Below are positions 32,556-37,984 of a stretch of 37,984 nt of DNA, in pieces. The first letter of the stretch is position 1. Every line of letters begins with the position of its first letter. The position numbers and the translations under genes were made by a program. This DNA comes from an uncultured Candidatus Saccharibacteria bacterium (GTDB lineage Bacteria; Patescibacteriota; Minisyncoccia; UBA6257; GWB1-50-10), in NCBI GenBank assembly GCA_964528065.1, contig CAZGRD010000003.1:1-37984 (forward strand), given 5' to 3'. The notes below the pieces were generated by a model. That model was not told the origin of the DNA. It made no database searches and worked only from the letters and a program-made list of their open reading frames with translations.

Positions 32556-32583
32556 ATTATACCAAAGTCCTAAAATCAGGCAA
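32556..32583 (-). promoter_or_regulatory. lemA promoter, TTGCCT-16-(TGG)TATAAT, with the -10 box 6 nt from the ATG (leaderless)
   Basis: Minus strand reads TTGCCTGATTTTAGGACTTTGGTATAATTGTTTTATG. No Shine-Dalgarno sequence. Confidence 0.55.
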
Positions 32584-32633
32584 ATCAGCAACCCGGTCAG
32601 CTAGAGGTCTGGCTAAATTTGTCCAGAGAAAAG

Positions 32634-32733
32634 CCGCGGGTGAGAGAGACTTGGGAAGGTTAGGGATGTTCGAGCTGAAGGTCTTAGGACCGAAGCCGAA
32701 CTGGCACGTCTCTCGAGCCTGCGGTTTTTCTTT
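32634..32733. other. About 100-nt compound inverted repeat: candidate structured RNA or bidirectional terminator
   Basis: The outer arms are CCGCGGGTGAGAGAGAC (32634..32650) and GTCTCTCGAGCCTGCGG (32708..32724). They form 7+8 bp around a 2x2 internal loop. The inner part is GTTCG-A-GCT-GAA-GGTC-TTAG-GACC-GA-AGC-CGAAC. T-rich runs follow on both strands. Confidence 0.4.
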
Positions 32734-32752
32734 GGCTGACAGCGAATTCTCT

Positions 32753-33226
32753 TTAGTCAAAAATCCGCACCTCCACCCGGCGGGAAATGCCGAACTCCTT
32801 TGCTTCTTCCTTGGAGGGGTACCAAACGTCTACCCAACTGCAGCTGTAACGGGAGTGTTTTCTGTCCTCAACGATGAAGGTTTTGTCGCCGAAAAGCTCG
32901 GGAATCTGAATTTCCGTGCCGTAGGACAAACAGTTGTTGGCAACTATTCCGTCCCTTACGCTTCCCCCGGAAGCGGTTGTAAAAGGAGTATCGTCGGTCT
33001 CATCGGAACTTGAAGAATAGGCCGTCAAAATCGCCTCGGTTGTCCGGTAAGGCGGCCGGTCGTCGGCAACGGCTTTCGTCGGAAAAAGGCCCCTTATCGG
33101 GGTAACAACACCAATGGCTACAAGCATAACCGAGATAAAGCCCGTAATTATCCTCCTTTCTATAAAGAGGAGGGCCTTTCTCGCCCAGGCAGAATCCTTT
33201 ATTCCAAAAAAAATCGCCCGTTTCAT
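32753..33226 (-). CDS. 3D-domain (MltA/RlpA-like) cell-wall-associated protein
   Basis: C-terminal ILTAYSSSSDETDDTPFTTASGGSVRDGIVANN.LSYGTEIQIPELFGDKTFIVEDR is typical of the 3D domain. N-terminal TM helix. The ATG at 33226 is preceded by GGGAGGATAAGCCT. Confidence 0.7.
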   Translation of the reverse strand: MKRAIFFGIKDSAWARKALLFIERRIITGFISVMLVAIGVVTPIRGLFPTKAVADDRPPYRTTEAILTAYSSSSDETDDTPFTTASGGSVRDGIVANNCLSYGTEIQIPELFGDKTFIVEDRKHSRYSCSWVDVWYPSKEEAKEFGISRRVEVRIFD

Positions 33227-33240
33227 AGGCTTATCCTCCC

Positions 33241-33268
33241 ATTGTACCACCCCCGCCCGGGAAGTCAA
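33241..33268 (-). promoter_or_regulatory. Promoter of the 3D-domain gene, TTGACT-16-(TGG)TACAAT
   Basis: Minus strand reads TTGACTTCCCGGGCGGGGGTGGTACAATGGGAGGATAAGCCTATG. Confidence 0.55.
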
Positions 33269-33278
33269 CCCCCCAACC

Positions 33279-33305
33279 AAAAACCCTCATTTTATGAGGG
33301 TTTTT
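33279..33305 (-). terminator. groEL terminator (A-tract/hairpin/T-tract, potentially bidirectional)
   Basis: AAAAACCCTCAT-TTT-ATGAGGGTTTTT, starting 16 nt after the groEL stop. Confidence 0.75.
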
Positions 33306-33320
33306 GGAGTTTTAAGGGGT

Positions 33321-34934
33321 CTAGTACATCGGCGGGGCCCCTCCTTCCTTTTCTTTCTTCTCCGGAATCTCGGTAATGGCCACCCCGACCGTAAGGTAAG
33401 TGGCGGCAACCGAAATGGCGTTCAAAAAAGCGGTTTTGGTGACTTTTAAGGGGTCGATGATGCCCGCTTCCTTAAGATTGGTGATTTTATTGGTTATGGC
33501 ATTGAAACCCACCCAAACATCCTTCTCGGCGGCCAGCTTCCCGATAATCTCTTCGGGCGTTACGCCGCTGTTTGCGATGATGGCCCGAAGGGGCGCTTCT
33601 CTCGCTTTGTTCAAAATAAGATTTACGGCTCCGCTAACCGACGATGATTCCGAAGGGCCGTCCGGCGCGGCGTGGAAAAGAGCCATCCCGCCTCCCGGCA
33701 CGATGCCTTCTTCCATAGCCGCTCTTGTCGCGTGAACGGCGTCTTCCACTCTTTGCTTAAGTTCTTTCTGAGCCGATTCGGTCGGCGCGCCGACTTTTAT
33801 CACCGCCACCCCGCCCGAAATCTTGCCCAATCGTTCCTGCAATTTTTCTTTGTCGAAATCGGAATCGGTTGCTTTCATTTGGGCTTTGAGCCGGTGGACT
33901 CTTTCTTCGATGACACTCTTCACGCCGCCGCCGTCAACGATGGTAGTCGAGTCTTTGCCGGCGACAACCCGGCGGGCGCGGCCCAAGTCGGCCACTTCCG
34001 CGCTCTCGAGCTTCTTCCCCAAATCTTCGGAAATAAAAGTGGCGCCGGTCACAATCGCGATGTCTTCCAGCATTTCTTTTTTCCGGTCGCCGAAACCGGG
34101 AGCTTTTACCGCCAAAACGTTGAAGGTACCGCGAAGCTTGTTCACGACCAAGGTGGCAAGCGCTTCGCCGTCAATATCTTCGGCAACGATTAAAAGTTCT
34201 TTCTTGCCGGACTGAATTACTTTCTCCAAAAGCGGCAGAAGATCGCTTATCGCCGAAATCTTCCGGTCGGTTACGAGAACGTAGGGCTCCTCTAGCGCCG
34301 CTTCCATCCGCTCGGGGTTCGTAATCATGTAGCCCGAAACGTAGCCGCGGTCGAACTGAAGGCCCTCAACCATCTCGTAGGAATTGCCGATGGTGTTGGA
34401 ATCCTCAACCGTAACCACTCCCTCTTTGCCGATTTTCCCCATCACTTCGGCAATGAGCTTGCCGATTCCGCCGTCTTTGGCCGAAAGAGAAGCGACTTCC
34501 TCTATTTTTTTGTTGTCGTTTATGAGTTCTTTCTGGCTTTCCAATTTTTTGACGATGCTCTCGCTCTTTTTCTTCAGTTCTTCGGCGAGCTGGATGACGT
34601 TGAAGCCCTTCTCGCGAATGGCTTTTTCTCCTTCTTCAATCATGGCGTGAGCCAAAACCACCGAAGTGGTCGTGCCGTCGCCGACATTGTCGTTGGTCTT
34701 GTCGGCCGCCTGCTTTATGAAATCGGCGCCGAGATTTTCGAATTTATCCTCAAGTTCTATCTCTTTGGCGACGGAGACGCCGTCAAAAGTAACCTGGGGC
34801 GCACCGTAGCCCTTTTCGATAACCGCCGCCCGCCCCCGGGGACCAAGCGTCATCTTGACCGCTTCGGAAAGCTTATCTATGCCTTTTTTTATGGCGCTTC
34901 GCGCCTCTTCGTTGAATAAAATTTTCTTTGCCAT
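33321..34934 (-). CDS. groL: Chaperonin GroEL
   Basis: [42 protein letters not shown]-like [24 protein letters not shown]. The ATG at 34934 gives 537 aa. The ORF-track start adds a 36-codon extension into groES. Confidence 0.92.
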   Translation of the reverse strand: MAKKILFNEEARSAIKKGIDKLSEAVKMTLGPRGRAAVIEKGYGAPQVTFDGVSVAKEIELEDKFENLGADFIKQAADKTNDNVGDGTTTSVVLAHAMIEEGEKAIREKGFNVIQLAEELKKKSESIVKKLESQKELINDNKKIEEVASLSAKDGGIGKLIAEVMGKIGKEGVVTVEDSNTIGNSYEMVEGLQFDRGYVSGYMITNPERMEAALEEPYVLVTDRKISAISDLLPLLEKVIQSGKKELLIVAEDIDGEALATLVVNKLRGTFNVLAVKAPGFGDRKKEMLEDIAIVTGATFISEDLGKKLESAEVADLGRARRVVAGKDSTTIVDGGGVKSVIEERVHRLKAQMKATDSDFDKEKLQERLGKISGGVAVIKVGAPTESAQKELKQRVEDAVHATRAAMEEGIVPGGGMALFHAAPDGPSESSSVSGAVNLILNKAREAPLRAIIANSGVTPEEIIGKLAAEKDVWVGFNAITNKITNLKEAGIIDPLKVTKTAFLNAISVAATYLTVGVAITEIPEKKEKEGGAPPMY

Positions 34935-34941
34935 GTTGAAT

Positions 34942-35232
34942 TTATTCGATGATTGCGAGGATATCGTCCTCGTCGCCGACCAAATATTTCTTGCCGTCGA
35001 GTTCAACCTCATCGGGTCCGTATTTTTTGAACAAGACGACATCGCCGATTTTGACCGACATCGGTGTCCGCTCTCCCTTTTCGCTTAATTTGCCCGGACC
35101 GACGGCGAGGATTTTCCCCTTCACCGGTTTTTCCTTCTCGGCCGTCTCCGGCAAAACTATTCCCGATTTGGACTTTTTTTCTTCCTCAATCGGTTCTATG
35201 AAAACGTGATTCGATAATGGTTTAAAGTTCAT
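34942..35232 (-). CDS. groS: Co-chaperonin GroES
   Basis: MNFKPLSNHVFIEPIEEEKKSKSGIVLPETAEKEKPVKGKILAVGPG..GDVVLFKKYG. The ATG at 35232 is preferred over the upstream GTG at 35253. Confidence 0.88.
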   Translation of the reverse strand: MNFKPLSNHVFIEPIEEEKKSKSGIVLPETAEKEKPVKGKILAVGPGKLSEKGERTPMSVKIGDVVLFKKYGPDEVELDGKKYLVGDEDDILAIIE

Positions 35233-35246
35233 AGGTTTGTCTTTTA

Positions 35247-35273
35247 TTGGCACTCACGACCTTTTATTGCCAA
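35247..35273. promoter_or_regulatory. CIRCE-like inverted repeat (candidate HrcA operator), degenerate
   Basis: TTGGCACTC-ACGACCTTT-TATTGCCAA against the consensus TTAGCACTC-N9-GAGTGCTAA. The 9-nt spacing and position between the groES promoter and its ATG are correct. One half-site is degenerate. Confidence 0.5.
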
Positions 35274-35285
35274 TCCAGTTATGAT

Positions 35286-35313
35286 ATTTTAGCGGAGCGC
35301 CGAAGGTTGTCAA
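35286..35313 (-). promoter_or_regulatory. groESL promoter, TTGACA-16-TAAAAT
   Basis: Minus strand reads TTGACAACCTTCGGCGCTCCGCTAAAAT. Confidence 0.6.
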
Positions 35314-35335
35314 GAGAGTTCCCGGAAGGTAAAAT
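35307..35335 (+). promoter_or_regulatory. relA/spoT promoter, TTGTCA-17-TAAAAT, back-to-back with the groESL promoter
   Basis: Plus strand reads TTGTCAAGAGAGTTCCCGGAAGGTAAAAT, followed by 11 nt and then the ATG at 35347. Its -35 box overlaps the groESL -35 box on the opposite strand. Confidence 0.5.
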
Positions 35336-35346
35336 TAAAACTCCTG

Positions 35347-37041
35347 ATGGATACGGGTTGGCTTCAAAAATATCCGCAAAAAAGCTCCGTTCGCGAGGCC
35401 TTTGATTTCGCGAAGGAGGCTCACAAAGACAAAAAACGCAATAGCGGCGAACCTTATTTTTCCCATTGCGAGGCGGTGGCCGAAACCGTAAGCGAGTGGG
35501 GGCTTGATGATGAGTCCGTTGCCGCCGCCCTTCTCCACGACGTCATCGAAGACACGAGCTATACCCTCCGTGACATCGAAAAGCGGTTCGGCAAGGAAAT
35601 CGCCTCCATCGTCGACGGCCTTACAAAACTCGACAAAGTCCCCTTCCCGGAAAAGGACCAGAACGTAGAAACCCTCCGGAAATTCATCATCTCCTTCAGC
35701 CGCGATTTGAGGGTAGTTATCGTGAAGCTCGCCGACCGGCACCACAATATGTTCACCTTGAAATTTCTGCCGCCCGAGCGGCAGAAAAGTTTTGCCTGGG
35801 AAACGAGCGAAATTTACGCGCCGCTCGCCTACCGCCTCGGCATGCAGCGCCTCTCCGGCGAACTGGAGGACCTCACTTTTCCTTTTCTTCATCCCGAAGA
35901 ATACAAGTGGCTCTTGAAAAACGTTAAGGTAAAATTCGAAGAAAGGGAAAAATACGCCGAAGAACTCAAACCGCTCGTCAAAAAACTTCTTTTGAAAAAC
36001 AGTATAAGACCGATTGCCGTCGATTCCCGGGCCAAACGCTACTCCAGTTTGTATAAGAAGCTCCACCGCCACGACATGGACTTCGAAAAAATCTACGATT
36101 TGGTTGCTCTCCGCATCGTCGTAAAAACAGTCGAAGACTGTTATGCAACCTTGGGGATAATCCATAAAATATGGCCGCCCTTGCCGGGCCGGATAAAGGA
36201 CTATATCGCAAGACCGAAGCCCAACGGCTACCGAAGCTTACACACCACCGTTTTTGCCGGAGACAACAAAATCACCGAGTTCCAAATCCGCACCGAGGAA
36301 ATGCACAGAGAAGACGAACTCGGTATCGCCGCCCATTGGGCTTACGAACAAGTAAAGGGCTCGAAACGCAACGGCCGGAACTGGCGGGGCGTGCGAAACC
36401 ACAAAGAGCTTCTTTGGGTGGAACAGCTCCGCAGCTGGCAGCAGAACATTTCCGACAAGGACTTTGTGGACTCGCTCGCCGTCGATTTCTTCAAGGAACG
36501 GATTTTCGTAATTACGCCCCACAACGACGTAATTGACCTGCCCCACGGAGCAACGCCGGTAGATTTCGCTTATCACATCCACAGTGAAATCGGCAACCAG
36601 TGTGTCGGGGCGAAGGTAAACGGAAAAATAGTGCCGCTTGACTACGAACTCCGTTCCGGCGACATGGTGGAAATCATGACCCAGCGCGGGAAAAATCCCT
36701 CGGAGGGCTGGCTCCGGTTCATTAAAACTTCCCTTGCGAGAGACCAAATTAAAGGAATGATAAGAAAGGTAACTCGTTTTCCGGCAAGCCGCGAGCCCGA
36801 GAGTACGGAATTCAAAATAGTTAACCGCGACCGGCCCGGATTTTTGAAAGACGTCACCGGTGAATTCAGCGCGATGAAGATAAACATCACCTATCTCCAA
36901 AGCTCCACCGATAAGCGCGGCGTTCTTTCAACCGTGACCGTAAGGACCGAGCCGCTCTCAAAAACAAAAATCGAAAAACTTCTCGTGAAAATAAAAAGCG
37001 TGGAAGGCGTAAAAGAAGTAAGCTCCAAATTCAACCGCTAG
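35347..37041 (+). CDS. relA: Bifunctional (p)ppGpp synthetase/hydrolase (RelA/SpoT homolog), compact
   Basis: HD domain HCEAVA..LLHDVIEDT. Synthetase region RIKDYIARPKPNGYRSLHTTV. TGS region FVITPHNDVIDLPHGATPVDFAYHIHSEIG. ACT-like C-terminus. 564 aa. Confidence 0.9.
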   Translation: MDTGWLQKYPQKSSVREAFDFAKEAHKDKKRNSGEPYFSHCEAVAETVSEWGLDDESVAAALLHDVIEDTSYTLRDIEKRFGKEIASIVDGLTKLDKVPFPEKDQNVETLRKFIISFSRDLRVVIVKLADRHHNMFTLKFLPPERQKSFAWETSEIYAPLAYRLGMQRLSGELEDLTFPFLHPEEYKWLLKNVKVKFEEREKYAEELKPLVKKLLLKNSIRPIAVDSRAKRYSSLYKKLHRHDMDFEKIYDLVALRIVVKTVEDCYATLGIIHKIWPPLPGRIKDYIARPKPNGYRSLHTTVFAGDNKITEFQIRTEEMHREDELGIAAHWAYEQVKGSKRNGRNWRGVRNHKELLWVEQLRSWQQNISDKDFVDSLAVDFFKERIFVITPHNDVIDLPHGATPVDFAYHIHSEIGNQCVGAKVNGKIVPLDYELRSGDMVEIMTQRGKNPSEGWLRFIKTSLARDQIKGMIRKVTRFPASREPESTEFKIVNRDRPGFLKDVTGEFSAMKINITYLQSSTDKRGVLSTVTVRTEPLSKTKIEKLLVKIKSVEGVKEVSSKFNR

Positions 37042-37044
37042 GGG

Positions 37045-37971
37045 CTATTCCGTTTCACTCCCAATAACCTTATCGAGCAGATTTTGCCACTCCGCCTCCG
37101 AATTGAATTTCACCACTATCTTGCCCCGGCCCTCTTTCCTTTGAATCTCAACCGGATATCCCAATTTTTCCTCAAGGCGTTTTTCCCAGTATTTCGACTC
37201 CGGGTCAACCGGTTTCGGAAACTCGCTTTTGGTTTTGGCAACGGTCGTGCCGCTTAAAAACCTTTCGAAGAGTTCGTTTTGCCTTGCCGGATCGGCGGAA
37301 GCGAGAATAACCCGGGCCTGGGATTCGTTTATCCGGCCCTCCGCAAGAGCGTCCTGAATATTGCCGGGAAGACCGAGAAGCCGGACGGCGTTTGCGACCG
37401 TTTCCCGGCTCTTGCCGATTTTTGCCGCGACTTCCCGCTGAGTAAGATTGAATTCGTCCTGAAGGCGGGCGTAGGCCCGGGCGGCTTCAATCGGATTCAG
37501 GTTGCTCCGCTGAATGTTTTCGACGAGGGCTACCTCCAGCTTATTTTGATGAACGTCAAAACGCCTCACGATCGCCGGCACGACCGGAAGACCGATGAGC
37601 TTCGCGGCCATGAGCCGGCGCTCCCCGGCAATAAGCTGATACGAAACTTCGGTGCCGGTCGGCGTCTCGTTCTCGATTTTGGTAACGACGAGCGGCTGAA
37701 TGATTCCGAACTCCCGGATTGATTGGGCGAGTTCCCGCAAATCTTCCTGATTGAAAGCCCGGCGCGGCTGATAGGGGTTCGGCTGTATTTTTTCAACTTC
37801 AATATGAAAAATGGATTCATGGGAGCGCTTCGCCGCTCCGCTTACGAGAACCGGCTCTCTGTTTTGAGGCGGTAAAATTTCCCGTTCGGATTCTTTGTTT
37901 CCCGAAGGAAAGGTTTGGGGCGCCTTATTGTCTTTTTTCGGAATGAGAGATTCTAAGCCTTTTCCAAGCAT
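37045..37971 (-). CDS. parB: Chromosome partitioning protein ParB/Spo0J
   Basis: IQPNPYQPRRAF..L.ELAQSIREFGIIQPLVV, GERRLMAAKLIGL (ParB box II), HTH LTQREVAAKIGKSRETVANAVRLL. Confidence 0.9.
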   Translation of the reverse strand: MLGKGLESLIPKKDNKAPQTFPSGNKESEREILPPQNREPVLVSGAAKRSHESIFHIEVEKIQPNPYQPRRAFNQEDLRELAQSIREFGIIQPLVVTKIENETPTGTEVSYQLIAGERRLMAAKLIGLPVVPAIVRRFDVHQNKLEVALVENIQRSNLNPIEAARAYARLQDEFNLTQREVAAKIGKSRETVANAVRLLGLPGNIQDALAEGRINESQARVILASADPARQNELFERFLSGTTVAKTKSEFPKPVDPESKYWEKRLEEKLGYPVEIQRKEGRGKIVVKFNSEAEWQNLLDKVIGSETE

Positions 37972-37984
37972 TAATTTAATCTTA

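Noticed and set aside
32584-32752. Possibility that the lemA-upstream spacer encodes the small SRP (4.5S) RNA. GGUCAG..AGGUCUGG vaguely resembles the helix-8 region.
   Set aside because: There is no GNAR tetraloop closed by the conserved helix-8 motif (..GGUCCGGAAGGAAGCAGCC..), and the apical loop is 9-10 nt. Kept only as an unassigned structured element.
32557-32760. 67-aa ORF (minus strand) spanning the 3D-lemA spacer, and the 120-aa plus-strand ORF at 32651..33013.
   Set aside because: The first overlaps the 3D-gene stop, the lemA promoter and the lemA start. The second is antisense to the 3D gene. Neither has a ribosome-binding site or any motif.
35335-36165. Long ORFs antisense to well-supported genes. 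Examples: 35335..36165(-) and 36238..36900(-) inside relA, 1593..2393(+) inside the zinc-ribbon gene, 8953..9720(+) inside mreB, 21553..22245(+) inside alaS, 22890..23858(+), 29982..30623(+), 10095..10682(+).
   Set aside because: Each lies opposite a gene with strong family motifs. Their translations are low-complexity or compositionally odd (R/F/G-rich) with no recognisable motif. Such shadow ORFs are expected in stop-poor antisense frames.
1-37984. Alternative genetic code, such as UGA recoding as in some candidate phyla, or TAA read-through as a general feature.
   Set aside because: TGA (zinc-ribbon gene, mreB, the 119-aa ORF), TAG (mnmA, alaS, HTH gene) and TAA (most others) all end conserved proteins at expected lengths. 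Only the EamA gene has an internal stop.
1-37984. CRISPR arrays, rRNA genes, transposases or integrases.
   Set aside because: No regularly spaced direct repeats were seen; the only multi-copy elements are the dispersed 86-bp cassette and the 24-bp palindrome pair. No rRNA-like sequence was seen. No ORF shows DDE transposase or tyrosine/serine recombinase motifs.
37041-37984. A parS site (TGTTNCACGTGAAACA-type palindrome) next to parB.
   Set aside because: By eye I found only a partial match (CCGTTTCACTCC at about 37052) and no full 16-bp dyad. A proper pattern scan is needed before calling one.

Overview
Gene-dense (~90% coding) bacterial chromosomal window, almost entirely transcribed on the minus strand. 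It is dominated by housekeeping genes. In coordinate order these are mnmA, efp, rseP, frr, holB, mreB and murA. Next comes the distal ribosomal-protein/RNA-polymerase block (infA-rpmJ-rpsM-rpsK-rpsD-rpoA-rplQ-rplM-rpsI when read along the minus strand), followed by tsaC, alaS, rpoD, dnaG, pyrH-like, pgsA-like, lemA/TPM, groESL, relA/spoT and parB. Standard genetic code: TGA, TAA and TAG all close conserved genes at expected lengths. Many proteins are trimmed: alpha subunit without a C-terminal domain, 567-aa AlaRS, 564-aa RSH, 112-aa L13. By inference this fits a reduced-genome lineage such as CPR/Patescibacteria. I cannot confirm that without searches.

Observations that ordinary annotation does not explain:
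1. An 86-bp cassette occurs three times, each copy ending 0-4 nt from a start codon (rplQ, rpmJ, alaS). It carries a TGGTAAAAT box and a 19-bp interrupted hairpin kept intact by three compensatory pair changes.
2. A lone plus-strand TrpR/YerC-like HTH gene is bracketed by two copies of a 24-bp palindrome plus a TTCTCTAAAAAC box.
3. Two tandem, translationally coupled Cys-rich multi-zinc-ribbon paralogs sit behind mnmA. One is missing from the ORF track because it runs off the window. Nearby, a TM-less TraD/VirD4-like ATPase carries the same ribbon signature.
4. A compositionally mosaic accessory patch lies next to tRNA-Ser(GGA), at about 27.06-29.76 kb. It holds a 5'-truncated XRE pseudogene abutting the tRNA, an AT-rich NUDIX/CsaA/LRV module, an EamA gene with one in-frame TAA, a very GC-rich orphan ORF, and a 22-aa polybasic micro-ORF with its own terminator.
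5. Several -10 boxes sit 6-8 nt from the ATG, implying leaderless mRNAs.

No rRNA, CRISPR array or intact mobile element was seen. All coordinates and repeat comparisons were worked out by hand from the sequence.
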